Shown here in pieces: positions 13,020 through 27,100 of a stretch of 64,000 nt of DNA. Each line of letters begins with the position of its first letter. The stretch's first letter is position 1. The stretch spans positions 6,193,352-6,257,351 of the forward strand of contig NC_057758.1 in NCBI RefSeq assembly GCF_004010195.1, in the 5' to 3' direction. The DNA comes from Chiloscyllium plagiosum. Lineage: Eukaryota. The notes below the pieces were generated by a model that saw nothing but the letters and a program-made list of their open reading frames with translations, was not told the DNA's origin and searched no databases. Both the position numbers and the translations under genes were made by a program.

Positions 13020-14530
13020 TCTGCACACAGCCTTCTACACTATCTACAACTCCACCATACTTTGTGTCATTGGCACAATTACTAACTCATCCAAGTGATT
13101 TTTAAAAATCGCAACGGTCCCAGAACCCATCCATGTGGAACATCACTGCTCACCATGTTTCGGGCTGAATATTTTTCATCAAGCACTATATTCTGTCTTC
13201 GATGAAACAGCCAATTTTGCACCCAGGCAGAATAATTCCATTGTATCCCATGCCTCAATAAATTCTGAATAAGCCCATGGGCAACTTTATACTAAAATTT
13301 TCCGAATTCTATGTACACCACATCCACCGCTGTACCTTCATTAATATGTTTTGTGACATGCGCAAATGATTCAAGAAGGTTTGTGAGGCATGACTTGCCT
13401 CTGACAAAACCAAGCTGACTATGTCAAATAAAACTATGGTTTTCCAAGGAATGATAAATCCTCTCACTCACAGTTCTCTGAAATACTTTGCCCACTATTC
13501 ATGTAAGACTGACTTGTCTGTAATTTACAGGATAATCCCCATTCCCTTTCTTGAACAAGGTAATAACATTTCCGACCCACCAAATGTCTGGAACTAATCA
13601 AATGGACAATGAGGATGTAAAGATCATTGTCAAAGTTGCAGCACCCTCTTCGCTCGCTTTCTGTAGTAATGGTGGATATATTCCATCTCTATCCAAATAT
13701 CCCTCCATATATCCCATCCCAGGCTAATTCTTTATTCTCATTATTTTCCCCAAACTTTCAGCACATCCTCCTTCTAAACATTCAACTGTTGAGCACACCT
13801 GCCTGTTTCGCGCTATGCTCACAACGACAAGGTCCCTCTCTCAGTTAGTAATGAAGCAAAATATTCAAAGAAGAGTTCCACTACCTTCTCCACCACCACG
13901 TAAACGCTCCTGTGTTGTCACCGTAGCTCAGTGGTTAGCACTGCTGCCTTATAGTGACAAGAGCCCGGGTTCAAATCCCCTTTCAAGCAATTGTCTGCGT
14001 AGATTTGGTACATTCTCCCCGCGTTTGCGTGGGTTGCCGCCTGGTGGTCCGGTTTCTTCCCACAGTCCAAAGAAGTGCAGGTTAAGTAACTTGGCTGTGC
14101 TACATTGCACGTAGTGTTGGGTGCAGTAGTTGAGTTTAATGTAAGGAGAGTGGGTTGCTGTTTAGATCGTTGGTGTGGACTTGTTGGGCTGAAAGGGCTG
14201 TTTCCACACTGGAGGAAATCTAACCTAACCTGTGATTGGCCGTGCCTTCACCACCGGCTTGTTACTCGCAGAAATGTAGAACGCTTTGAGTTTTTACTTA
14301 ATCTTTCCCGTTAAGGCTTTTTCATGCCCCCTTCACGCTGTCCTAAATCCATTCCTCAATTCGTTCCTTCGCAATCTTGCAGAGCCCTGTTTATCCATGT
14401 TTCCTCAAACTTATATCAGCTTCCTTCTATCTGTTATCGAGATGTTCCACATCTCTTCACACCTAAGGTACCTTCACACTCGCATACCTTCCTTACCTGC
14501 CTCTGTCTCATGAGAAAAATAGCGTATATT
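13020..14530 (-). mobile_element. CR1 LINE ORF2 fragment interrupted by an HE1-like SINE
   Basis: Degenerate RT motifs on - (PLFKKG, NYRxVSL, AVDVVY, VPxGxVLGP). Confidence 0.75.
13915..14232 (+). mobile_element. HE1-like tRNA-derived SINE
   Basis: A box gtagctcagtggttagca, B box gggttcaaatccc, ctaac-type tail. Confidence 0.85.
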
Positions 14531-14659
14531 TTCTGATAGATTGTCTTCTGGCCCGGGGCAGAAGATTATCGTTTGTGAACTCATCAGAGACATGCAGAGT
14601 CTGTCAACTCCCCTGACGATAGAGCTTCACAGCACAATCCCCGGTGGCCTGTGAATCGC

Positions 14660-15625
14660 AGTTTTCTGCAACAATCGGAGGTTGGTCCGCGGCAGTTTGT
14701 CATTTATTTAAACGATTTGGATAAGAATTGAGGAGGTATGTTTTGTAAGTGCGGGTGACACCAAAAATGTAACTACAGTCAACAGTGAAGAAACTTAGCT
14801 AATATTACAAAGGGATTTTGATAATTGGGCCAAACTGCTTCAAAGAGACAGATACTGTTTAATTAGGGTTACCGCAAGATATTCTATTTTGGTAAAACAA
14901 GCAAGGGCAGCACTTGCAAATGGGGTACTGGGTCGTATTGTTGAACATAGAGACCCAGAGGTTCCAGTCCATCGTTCTTTGTATGACAGGTAGACAGGAT
15001 ATTTAAGAGGGTGTTTAGCACGGTTGCCATCATTGATCAGACCACTGAGTATCGGAGTTCTAATGTAATCTTTAATATTCAGGACTCTTCTGGAGTCCTC
15101 TGTCAATTTCTAATCACCCTGTTACAAGGAGGACATTATTAAATTGGACCAGGTTCAAAACACATTTACCACGTTAATGCCAGGACTGGACGTTTTGACT
15201 TATAAAACAGACTGGGACATTTTAAGTGCAGTATAGGAGGACGAGGCATTGTAGACGCGTAAGAAATCATATGGGACAAAGATAGGTGGAATAGCAAATA
15301 TCTTTTCCCTAAGTTGAGGGAGTTAAAAACAAAGAGGCATTCGTTTAAGGCGAGGGGAGAACGATTTAAAAGGGACCTGAGAGGCAATCTTTTCCAAAAG
15401 ATGGTAGCACTGATGCTGAATGTTCGGCCAGTGGAAATGGTAGATGCAGGTACATTTCAATTTAAAGGCCATTTGCACAGATCCATTAACAGGAAACGTT
15501 GAGAAGGATATGGGATAAATGCAGGTGAGTGGGATTAATTTTGTTTGCGAAACATAGTGGGCATGGACAATTTTGAATGAAGACCTTGTTTCCGTGCTGC
15601 ATGGCGCTCAGACACTCTTGATTAT
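14660..15625 (+). mobile_element. CR1 LINE 3' fragment
   Basis: KTKRHSFKARGERFKRDLRGNLFQ plus CR1-like 3' UTR. Confidence 0.8.
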
Positions 15626-16109
15626 TGTTGTTCCACCTGATCCTCCCTTGTGCATTTTCCTGGGTGACCATCTGCACAGTGGTAACGCTGATCTTCAGGA
15701 ATAACCTCCTTTGAGCCTCTGCTGCTACTTAACTTTAAACCTCCGATTCTAGTTATCAATTGAGCAATTCCAGTTCTCAGTGGCGGGTATAATGGCCCTC
15801 GAGATAATAACTTGCTGGACTCTCCCAACCCAAACTTTCCTAGTTTCTCTTACTGTATGAACAGCATGTATCGGTCATTATTTGGACTATTCACCTGACC
15901 GAAATATTATCTTTATTTATATGTATACCTACCCTTATCCATGTGCATTCTTGTTGAAGATGTTAACCATCAGACACGTTAGTGAGAAATTCCGCTTTTC
16001 AAAGCGCTGCTCCTTCGTCAAGTCTAGTCACAAAATGTCAGGCGAGATTGCATTTTCAACCTTCCCACTTTTTAAAAAAAATCATTCACAACAAGGGAAT
16101 AATTGGCAT

Positions 16110-16270
16110 TGCCTGCTAGACCATCATTCATTACCTATTCATAATTAGACAGAGGAGGGTTAAGAATCAAACACATTGATGTGGACCTGGAGTCACACGT
16201 AGTCCAGACCAGGTAAGATTTCCTTCCCGAAATGTCAACAGTGAACCAGATGGATTTTTCAAACAATGAC
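16110..16270 (-). mobile_element. Old Deu-domain-like SINE relic; similar relics at about 6480-6650, 28480-28650 and 46570-46860
   Basis: ctggagtcacacgtagtccagaccaggtaagatttccttccc..agtgaaccagatgg recurs at these sites. Family name is from memory of SacSINE1-like elements. Confidence 0.45.
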
Positions 16271-16876
16271 CATGAGTGTCATGGACATTACTGTACACAT
16301 TGGTCACGGAGTCACACAGCACAAAACAGACACTTTGGTCCAACCAGTCCATGACGAACATGACTACAAACTAAACTCGTCCCACCTGCACTCTCCTGGC
16401 CCACATTCCTTCAAGCCTTTCCTATTCCTGCATCCAACCAAATGCTTTTTGCAGTGTGTAATTTTGCCTGCATCCGCCAATACAAAAGGTAGTTTATTCC
16501 ACATCATGAATCACTCTCTGTGAAAAAAAGCTCTCGCGTATTTTTATTTTAAATCTCTCTACTCTCCCCTTAAAAACGTGCACCACTAGTCATGAAATTC
16601 GACTAAACCTGGGAATAGACAACTACCTTTTCATTTATTTAACTGTAGTTTATTTATTAAATTCAAATTGCACCATATGCCATGGCGACATTTAAACCTC
16701 AAAAGGTGGGAGAAATTCTGATTGAACTGTGTGGGGTCAGTATCACGAGGACATTGCCTCCCTCTGACAGTGCCTCCTGTGTAAAGGGAAAATGAGGTCT
16801 GCAGATGCTGGAGATCAGAGATGGAAATGTGTTGCTGGAGAAGCGCAGCAGGTCAGGCAGCATCTAGGGAACAGGA

Positions 16877-16913
16877 GAATCGACGTTTCGGGCATTAGCC
16901 CTTCTTCAGGAAT
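16877..16913 (-). ncRNA. Penelope-type hammerhead motif
   Basis: Reverse complement reads ATTC-CTGAAGA-A-GGGC(TAAT)GCCC-GAAA-CGTC-GATT. Confidence 0.6.
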
Positions 16914-18729
16914 GAGGAAAGTTTGTCCAGCAGGCTAAGATAAAAGATAGGGAGGAGGGACTTGGGGGAGGGGTGTCGGAAATGTGATAGGTGGAAAAAG
17001 GTCAAGGGGAGGGTGATAGGACAGATTGGGGTGGGGGCGGAGAGGTCGGGAAGAAGATTCTATCAGGACATAGTGATCAAAAATGGTGTGTTTTGGCTTG
17101 TGCATGAGATGAATTTTCATAGACCAGCTGCCATATCTCACGAGGGTAGCAATCTAATCTCATTTTCACTGTCTTATCAATATAGTCAAGACTGCTTAAA
17201 CAGGAGGTGCAAGACTTGCGCCCACACCTCCCCTCTCACCTCCCTCCAAGGCCCCAAAGGAAACTTCCATATCCGCCACAGATTCACCTGTACCTCCACA
17301 CATATCATCTATTGCATCCCCTGTACCCGATGTGGCCTCCTCTATATTGGGGAGACAGCCCGCCTACTTGCGGANNNNNNNNNNNNNNNNNNNNNNNNNN
17401 NNNNNNNNNNNNNNNNNNNNNNNNNNNNNNNNNNNNNNNNNNNNNNNNNNNNNNNNNNNNNNNNNNNNNNNNNNNNNNNNNNNNNNNNNNNNNNNNNNNN
17501 NNNNNNNNNNNNNNNNNNNNNNNNNNNNNNNNNNNNNNNNNNNNNNNNNNNNNNNNNNNNNNNNNNNNNNNNNNNNNNNNNNNNNNNNNNNNNNNNNNNN
17601 NNNNNNNNNNNNNNNNNNNNNNNNNNNNNNNNNNNNNNNNNNNNNNNNNNNNNNNNNNNNNNNNNNNNNNNNNNNNNNNNNNNNNNNNNNNNNNNNNNNN
17701 NNNNNNNNNNNNNNNNNNNNNNNNNNNNNNNNNNNNNNNNNNNNNNNNNNNNNNNNNNNNNNNNNNNNNNNNNNNNNNNNNNNNNNNNNNNNNNNNNNNN
17801 NNNNNNNNNNNNNNNNNNNNNNNNNNNNNNNNNNNNNNNNNNNNNNNNNNNNNNNNNNNNNNNNNNNNNNNNNNNNNNNNNNNNNNNNNNNNNNNNNNNN
17901 NTCCTCGTGGGAGCACGAGGCGGCGCCGATACAGTCATCGATGTAGCGGAGGAAAAGGTGGGGGGTGGGGCCAGTGTAGTTGCGGAAGATGGATTGTTCC
18001 ACATATCCTACGAAGAGGCAGGCATAGCTGGGGCCCATGCGGGTGCCCATGGCTACTCCTGTGTAAAGGTCCTGGAGAAGGTGACTATCTCAACTCTATC
18101 TCTCTTTCTCTCGCTCGGGTTCTTCCCCATTTACTTCCTCCTTCATAAGATTCACATACTGACTGCCCCGGTCGACCCATCGTCTCAGCCTGCGACTGTA
18201 TTATTGAACTTATCTCTACCTATCTCACCACCATCCTGTCCCCTTTAATCCAGCAACTCCCCACCTACTTTATTGACAACGCCATGCCTATCACCTCCTG
18301 CATGAATCTCGCTTCGCTGACCCCCAGCGCCTCATCATCACCATGTACCTCTAGTCCCTGTGCACGTTGATCCACCACAATGAATTTCTCCAAGCCCTCA
18401 GGTTCTTCTTCTCACGCCATCCCAACTTGTACACTTCCACCGACACCCTCATCTGCCTGGCTGAAATGGTCCTCGCCCTCAACAACCTTTCCTTCCAATT
18501 CTCCCACTTCATCCAAACAAAAGTGGTAGGTTTGGGCAACCGCATGGGACCAAGCTATGCTTGTCTGTTTGTCCGATACGTGGAAAGGTCCACCTTCCGC
18601 ACATATACCGGCATCAATCCACACCCGTGCTTCCGCTACAGCAATGATTGTATCGGCAGAGCCTCGTGTTCCCCCGAAAAGACTGAACAGTACATCAACT
18701 TTATCAACCCATCCATGCCGACCTGGATC

Positions 18730-19155
18730 ATCATAGAGTCATAGAGATATACAGCATGGAAGCAGAACCTTCGGTTCAACCCATCCATGCCGACCAGATA
18801 TCCCAACCCCATCTCGTCTCACCTGCCAGCACCCGGCCCATATCCCTCCAAACCCTTCCTATTCATATACCCATCCAACTGCCTCTTAAATGTTGCAATT
18901 GTACGAGCCTCCACCACATTCTCTGGCAGCTCATTGAATACACGTACCACCCTCTGCATGAAAAAAGTTGCCCGTTAGGTCTCTTTTATATCTTTCCCCT
19001 CTCACCCAAAACCTATGCCCTCAAGTTCTGGACTCCCTAATCCCAGGTAAAATACTTTGTCTATTTATCCTATCCATGCCCCTCATAATTTTCTCAACCT
19101 CTATAAGGTGATACCCAGCCTCTGACGCTCCACGGAATACAGCCCCAGCCTGTAA
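18730..19155 (-). mobile_element. CR1 3' end inserted into a Penelope RT
   Basis: (atcatagag)n tail and CR1 3' UTR; Penelope sequence resumes after it. Confidence 0.8.
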
Positions 19156-20980
19156 CAGCTTATCTCCTCTTCCTGGACCACGTCATCACCGTTTCCCGCG
19201 AGTGTCTAACCAGAGAAATGTTCTACAAGCACACTGACCCCCAAGCTCCCCAAAGTACATCTCTTCCCATCCTACCTCCTGAAAAAACGCCATTCCTTAT
19301 TTTCAATTAATCTGCCTACTCTACATCTATTCCCAGAATGACCAATTCCAACTCGGAAAGACACAGAAGCACTTATTCTTCCACAATTACAACCTGTCTT
19401 CCCACAAATATTGATGATTCCCACCAGCCCATCTCTTCCATTTCACGCACCATTGCCCTTGAACACCATCCATCACAACGCAACAAAGGCAGGACTCCCT
19501 CTTCCTTACCAAAGTCCGCATACAACTCATCGTCCTATATAATTTCTTCCACCTCCAAACGGACCCCACAACCAGAGATATATTTCACTCCCTACCCCTA
19601 TCAGCGTTCTGAAATGACAATTCCCTCTGCGAAACCTCGTCAGGTCCACATAACCCACCAGCACACACGCTGACAACTTTCCCTGCCACCATGGGAAGAC
19701 CAAAACCTGCGCCCACACCACTCTCCTCACCTCCGTCCAAGGCCCGAAAAAAATCCTTCTACATCCTTCAGAAATCTACCTGTAAATCTAGCATTGTCAT
19801 CTACTGCATCCTTTGCACCTGGTGTGGTCTCCTGTACATTGGGGTCACAGGAGGCCTTCTTGTGGATCATTTCAGAGAACTTGTTCGGGACATCCGATCC
19901 CACCAACCTCACCGCCCTGCAGCTAAACACTTCAACTCGCACTCCCACTCCGTCAAGGTCATGCAGATCCTGGGCCTCCTCCCCGCCAAACCTTGACCAC
20001 CTGACGCCTGCAGGAGGAACGCCTCGTATTCTTCCTTGGGGTCCTGCAACCACATGAGATAAGTGTGAATTTCAACAGCTTCCTCATCTCACCTCCCCCC
20101 ACATTATTCCAGTCCCAGGCTTTCAACTCAGCACAACACTGCGAACCCGTCCATCTCTTCCCCCTCTGACCTAACCACACCTTCTCACTCACCTTCATCC
20201 ACCCATTGCATTCCTGGCTACCTCCCAACAACCCAAATTCGTCCTATTTATCTCTCAGGCCACACCTACAAGTCTCATTCCTGATGAAGTTCTCATGCCC
20301 GAAACGTCGAATATCCTGCTCCTCCAATGCTGCCAGATCTGCTGTGCTTTTCCAACACCAAACTCTCGATTCTGATCTCTAGCATCTCATTTTCTCTGTG
20401 TTCTGATTTCGTTCCGTGCGAGATTTCCGCTACTTAACATTCACATGAACATTCGTCCGCATCACATCTGCGATCGACTGCTTCCAAATGCAACACTGTT
20501 TCCAATGTGGTGTTTGTACGTCGGGAGATGTGAGTCCTGAGATTGACCAAGATGTGTCAATATTCTGTGTTATATAGACATCAGGAGGTGCAAGACTTGC
20601 GCCCACACCTCCCCCCTCACCTCCCTCCAAGGTCCCAAAGGAAACTTCCATATCCACCACAAATTCACCTGCACCTCCACACACATCATCTATTGCATCC
20701 TCTGCACCCGATGTGGCCTCCACTATATTGGGGAGACAGGCCGCCAACTTGCGGAGCATTTCAGAGAACACCTCTGGGACGGCGGACCAACCAACCCAAC
20801 CACCCTGTGGCTCAACACTTCAACTCCCCCTCCCACTCCACCAAGGATATGCAGGTCATTGGGCTCCTCCATCACCAGACCACAACAACAAGACGGTTGG
20901 AGGAAGAGCGCCCCATCTTCCGCCTAGGAATCCTCCAACCACAAGGGATGAACTCGGATTTCACCACTTTCCTCATTTCC

Positions 20981-21016
20981 ATTCCTGAAGAAGGGCTTAT
21001 GTCCGAAACGTCGATT
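20981..21016 (+). ncRNA. Penelope-type hammerhead motif
   Basis: ATTC-CTGAAGA-A-GGGC(TTAT)GTCC-GAAA-CGTC-GATT. Weaker copies at 20277-20312 and 22123-22157. Confidence 0.55.
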
Positions 21017-22399
21017 CTCCTGTTCCCTGGATGCTGCCTGACCTTCTGCGCTTTTCCAGCAACACATTTTCAGGTCTCATGTCCATTGTCCTGTCTCACC
21101 ACAACCCTGTTCTTCAACTGATCAGTGCCTGTGTCCATCTTGTTCTCAGGCCCAATAACTCCATTCGCTTAGCTCTTTCTATGACCTTGGAATACGTTAA
21201 TCTCCGCCCTAATTTGTCGATTGGTGTGCTTTCCACTTTTATTCTCATATTCCTTCTAACCTCAATACTTCGTTGGTCCTCATCTGTTATGATGAACATT
21301 CTCGACCCGCCCCACTTTCATATCGGTCTGATGATCGGTCCCTCGTCGTGTCCTGCACATTCGCCTCCTTCTGATTGAACTGTACGTTTTCCTTCAAAAC
21401 GATTATCCCTGCCCCCGCTTTCTGACTACACTGCTACCAAGTCCATGTCCGATGACATTTCACCGATTGTTCTCCACTACCATTCATCGAGATTTCCTGC
21501 CTGTCTTCCATCTTCTGATTTTCTAGTCGCCACTCTATCTTCTAATCTATACGTCTTTTCCCATTCTACCGTTCTCAGGTGTTGGATGTGCCAATCCTGA
21601 GGCATGAGCTACCACATACAAAGCCATGCTGACTGTTGCATCTCAAACCCTGTGAATCTTATTCCTCAAAATATTTTCGGATAACTCACTCAGCATAGCT
21701 GTTAGCTTTACTGGTCTCGAGTTCCATGGTTTTCAATTGTAGCCCATCTTAAATAAGGGCCTAGCCTTTGCTAACCTCCAGTGTTCCAAACTTCCTTCTT
21801 CTCCAAAAGAAAAGAAAGTTAACTTCCAGAGAAGAAGAGACAGAACATCGTGACATCACTGAACCCCAGGGCATCAACGTGGACTTCACCAGTTTTCAAA
21901 TTACCGCTCCAACACCTTACCGCAGTTCCAACCTTCCAGCTCAGCACCGTCCTCATGACATGTCATACCTGCCAATCTCCCTACCCACCTATCCGCTCCA
22001 ATATACCTTCTGACTGATCACTTCCATCCAAAACCCCATTCATCAATTTTACTTTTTGCTAACTTCTCCCCAGCCGCCACCCCCGCCCACTTATCTCCCC
22101 ACCCTGAAAGCTCCCTGCTTCCATTCCTGGTGAAGAGCGTTTGCCCGAAATGTCAATATTCTGCTCCTCGGATGCTGCCTGACCTGCTGTGCTTTTCCAG
22201 TACCACTCTAATCTAAACATCACTGAAAGGTTGGCCGTGAGCGTTCCAGCGGGTACTGGAGCGCAACACCAAATAACTTTTGAAAGCTGTTGCTGGTGAG
22301 CAGCAGTTAAGTGCTGCGAAATTGTTATCGGATTATACGGCAGCAGCTTTTGCAATTTAATATTAACATTATTTGATATAGTCTGGATTAATTATATAC

Positions 22400-24150
22400 A
22401 ATGGGAACATGTGGCAGCTGAAATCCAAACTGCCAGCAAAATTGCCTGATATGCGAACACTGAGAAATGTTTTGAGAATCGGAGATTATCGTGAACAGTA
22501 TGGATAGAGACGTGGTCACACCACAGACTCAGACTCAATAAGGCAGGTCAGGGTGGCTAAGCGTGAAGTGTAGGAATCCTCTGTGGATGTTCTCCTGCAA
22601 AACAAACATATCGTTTTCGAGATCAGCAGCATCTACAACCCTGGTTGGCTTTGCTGCAGAGGGAGTGAAAAATGCGCACAGAAATGATGTAGTCTTTGGG
22701 GATTCACTTTTTAAGTGAATAAGTCGGTGATTTTAGAGTAGGTTGTGTCCCTTAAACGCGGATGCCAGATATCCCTGAGCGGTTGCAGGACATTCCAGAT
22801 GGGCCAGTGGTTGTGGCATACGTTGGTGCAAACAACATAGGTTAGAAAAAAGGACGAGGTCCGAAAAGTAAAATATCGAGAACGAGAACGGAAGTTTAAA
22901 TGTAGGATCTCAAATGTAGTTATCTCAGGAATGCAGCCATTGTCACGTGATGGTCAGAGCAGGAACAACAGGACATCTCTGAACAACACGTGGCTGAAAA
23001 GATGCTGTTGGAGATTGGGGCCAGTTCTGGGGTAAATGGGACATGTGTTAGACTGTTTATACTTGGTTAGGACTGGCACTGATGTCCACTGGGGGAAGGG
23101 ACTGGTTGGTATTACTTGTTAGGCTGGTTGGGGAGCGTTTAGTCTCATTTGGCAGAGCAGTGGTAACTAGCGGAGTAGGGCATCACATGCAGAAGTTGAG
23201 GGAGAGTTAGAAATCAAGGCAGACCCGAGTAAGGGTAAGTCAGGCTTTGATTAGCTGTTCAAAGGAGCAGGGGAGGTGTTCGGGACTGCACGTGTATCAA
23301 TGTGAGAAATGTAATAGGCAAGGTAAGTGAACGTACAGATTTGGTGAGCACTTGGACAAAGACATAATGGTGATTACACAATTAATGCGATTTCTTTGTT
23401 GAAAGAGAGACAGCACCAATAGCTGGATGTCCCAGGACTGAGATATTTGAGGTGTGGTAGAAATAGTTACAGAGGGTGTATGTGAGTAACATCCCTGCCA
23501 ATGGAGTATCCATGAATAATAACTGACGGACGATACATCACAGTATTCGTGCAGCGAGGAAATCTGTGTAGAACTCAAGCTTGGCAAGTGTGAAATTACA
23601 ATGCTTTTGATGAACGACAGGGCTCCTAAAATCCAGCGTGAGATAGAGGGGCGGCATGGTGGCTCAGTGTTTAGCACTGCTGCCTGACAGCAACAATGTC
23701 CCAGGTTCCTCTCACAGTCCAAGGATGTGCGGTTCAGGTGAATTTACCATGCTAAATTGCCCATAGTGTGAGGTGTATTAGTCAGAGTGAAATGGGTTAC
23801 TCTTCAGAGGGTCGGTGTGGACTGGTTGGGCCGAAGGGTCTGTTTCCACACAGTAGGGGATCTAATCTAATCTAATATATGGACCGTGTTTGGGGATATG
23901 GTTTAAAAGGGGGAGGTTGTGATGGGTGATTTTCACTTCCCAAATTGGCTGGGAATCACTTCATGCTCGGGACTTCCATTAGGTAGAATTTGTTAGGACA
24001 GTTCAGGAGGGTTTATTCGCACAGTTTGTAAATATTCCAAACAGGGAAGACGTCAAACTGCACCTGGTCTTGGAAATGAGCCTTGGGCCAGGTGAGTGAA
24101 GTTTCAGTGCTGAAGCGCGTTTCGGGAGTAGTGACCAAAATCTCATCATA
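22400..24150 (+). mobile_element. CR1 5' region relic (ORF1 SGNH esterase and APE endonuclease) with a deleted HE1 SINE at 23648-23875
   Basis: VVFGDSL and VVVAYVGANNIG esterase blocks; VMGDFHFP endonuclease motif; SINE head gggcggcatggtggctcag and ctaat tail. Confidence 0.75.
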
Positions 24151-27100
24151 CCATAACACATTGGCACAGAAATTCAGCGATTTTGCTCATCGAGTCAGCT
24201 CTGACATTCAAACAAGACTGATATGTTTCTAATCCCCATTCTCCCACTTTCTCCTTGTAACCCTGGATTCCCTTGATAAACAGGAACCTATCTATCTCTG
24301 CTAAAATGTGCTCAGTACCTCGTCTGCACAGCGTACATTGGCAGTGATTTCCACATATTCACCCCTCTCTGGCTGAGGAAATTTATTCATATCGCCTTCT
24401 AAAACATCTTCCATTTTCTCTGATGCTGTTAACATGGGTCCTCGTCTCTCCTACCACTGGTAACATCTTCCCAGCAACCACTTTGTCCATGCCATTCAGT
24501 ATGATTTTTTTTTAGATAACGTGAGTATTGAGATGCACACAGATGGGGATCACAGCAGTCCTCAGGTGACGGTGTGAAATTGGGGAAAGGTGAACTACAA
24601 AATATACGACAGCAAGTGGGAAAAAAAACATTTTTGAAGCCGCGTGCTGAGGGGAAATCAACACGTGACTCTTGTGAGTTTTTCATCTGGCAATTGCTAA
24701 AAATTCAGGAGCGGCACTTTCCTGAGAGAATCAGAGGTGATGAGAAATGATTAGCAAGCAGAACGAAAGAGACTGCTGATGGTTTTCATAAATGTATTTA
24801 GTATACATTTACAAAATGAAAGGATAACCAGGAAAAACGTTAACTCTGTCAAGGACAAAGGAGCGAATCCAGGTGTCGAGCTCAGGGAGGCACCATGGCT
24901 GAGCAGTTCGCATTGCAGGCTCACAGTGCCAGGTACCTGGGTTTAATTAATATTTCTGGTGACTGTCTGTATGAAGTTTGCACATTTTCCACGGGCCTGC
25001 TCCAGCTTCCTCCCATAATCTTATGATGTGTACTTTAGGTGAATTGGCCATACTAATTTGCCCACAGTGTTCAGGGATGTATAGGGAGAATGCGTTGTGT
25101 GCGATGTACTCTGGCGTGTCGATGTGGTCCTGATGGGCTGAAGGACCTTTTTCCGCGATTTAGAGATTATATGATTCTAAAAGGTAAGTGAGTCCGGAAA
25201 TGTCTATCTTGTGTCAGTATTCACTAAAAAGAAGAAACTGGTAGAGAGTCATCTCGGGTAACAGAGTGACAAATTTCTTAGCAAAGTTGTTATAAAAAGG
25301 AAGAGATTTTGAGCATCTTCAAAAACGTTATGGATAGATTAATCCCCCGCACTTGATGGGATCTTTCCAAGAATATCTTGGTAGGCAAAATACCAAATTG
25401 CTGGAGTACTGATAGACATCTTTGTATCTTCGTTGGCCGAAGACTAGGTCCCAGAGGACTGTAAAATAGCCAATGTTATCCCATTATTTAAGAAGGGTCA
25501 CTGGGATAATCCTGGAAATTACAGACCTGTGCGTGTCGCATCAGTGGTCAGGAAATTATTGCAAAAGATTCCCAGGAACAAGATCTATGCACCTTTACAA
25601 TAAAAGGTCTTATGAGCCATAAATAGCATGGTTTACTGCAGGCGTAGTCCTTCCTCACTAACTTGATCGAGATTTGTTTTGCCGGGGGAATGAAGACGAT
25701 TGATGAGGGCAAAGTGATTGATGTTATCGACATGGAAGTTATTAAAGTATTCGACAATTTCTCCATGGTAGACTGATATAAAAGATAAATTTACACAGTA
25801 TTAGGGGAGAACTGGCAAGTTGGATACAGATCTGGCTAAGTCATATGAGGCAGATGATTAGGGTTAATGGACTCTTCTCAGAATGGAGGGCTCTCTCTAG
25901 CAGTGTTATACAGGGATCAGTGTTTGGATCTCTGCTGTTTGTGATGTGTATTAATCATTCAGAGGAAAACGTGTCTGGTCCAGATAATAAGTTTGCAGAC
26001 GATACACAGATTGATGAAGTTCTGGACGATTTTCACGAGAATGCCGGAGTTTGACGAGCGATCTGCGAGAAGTTGTAGGATTGTGAATGGGATGGATATG
26101 CAACTTATGAAGCTTTATCTATGTGTGGAGGGGACCATGAGTTCAAGGTGTGTGGGTGGGTGGTGGTGAAGTTTAAATGAGATGTGCGAGTAAAGGTTTT
26201 CAAACTCGTGTTGGTGAGTCCCTCGAACGTACACTTAGAGGAGATAGTTGAAGCAGACCCAATGGTTGTATTCAGGAATCAATGGACGAATACAAAAGTC
26301 GGAAAGGAATTGAGTGGTATGGGTCCTGTAAGTGAACACATTTTTAAAATGGAAGGACAAAATGTGGTGGCTCATGATTGAATGACCGCAAGGCCTGTTC
26401 CTGTGCTGTGCTCTTCTTTGTTCTGTTGTAATAATGGCGAGTCAGACAGAAGTGCAAATGAGGAGGAGAGTAAGGGAAAGAGAGCGATGGAGAGATAGAG
26501 GGAGCAAGAGTGAGAGAACAACTATGGAGAAAGAGGGAGGAAAACGTCGAAGAGTGACAAATGGCTAGAGAAAAGGTATGGGGGTAGTAAAGAAATATTT
26601 AGCTCAGAAGAACTCCGGGTAGTGAGATATTCACGAGGCAGAGAGTGTGAAGCAGGAAGGAGGGGGAAGTAAGAATGGGAGACGGTGAGGAAACGGGACG
26701 ACTTTGCAGGAGGAGGTGACAGAGTTTGTAAACAGAGAATCTTTAAGTGTGGATGGAGCAATGAGTGGGAGGGCAAGGCGCAGAGTGAGTCGTAACTTCA
26801 GAAGTGCAATTTAGAACAGGGCTATTTGACCCTAACTCTTGAACTCATTCCCAGTCACCTCACCATCCCTGAGGACTACGCATTGGATCTGAGTCTGTCT
26901 TTAATTCGCTCAGCCTCTTAAACGAAAATGCAAAACCACAAGTTAGCTCTGCCACTTGGCAATTTTAAATGAACACCCTTTTAACTCACAAGTTGAAGTT
27001 GTCAACAGGGGAAGTGAACTGCTCACCCAAAGTTGACAGAGACATTGTTACGTGCCCCATAACCTGTGTGAGAAGATAGGACAAACCAGAACTACGCAAA

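Larger units (their letters stand above)
16790..22215. mobile_element. Cluster of nested Penelope-like element fragments (RT, GIY-YIG endonuclease, pseudo-LTRs)
   Basis: GIY-YIG CKTC..FTCTSTHIIYCIPCTRCGLLYIGET at 17200-17374, 19690-20060 and 20582-20975. RT MGTRMGPSYACLFVGY..RYIDD on - (17902-18057) and on + (18320-18725). Pseudo-LTRs at 16790-17055(-), 20277-20390, 20981-21072 and 22120-22215. Confidence 0.88.
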
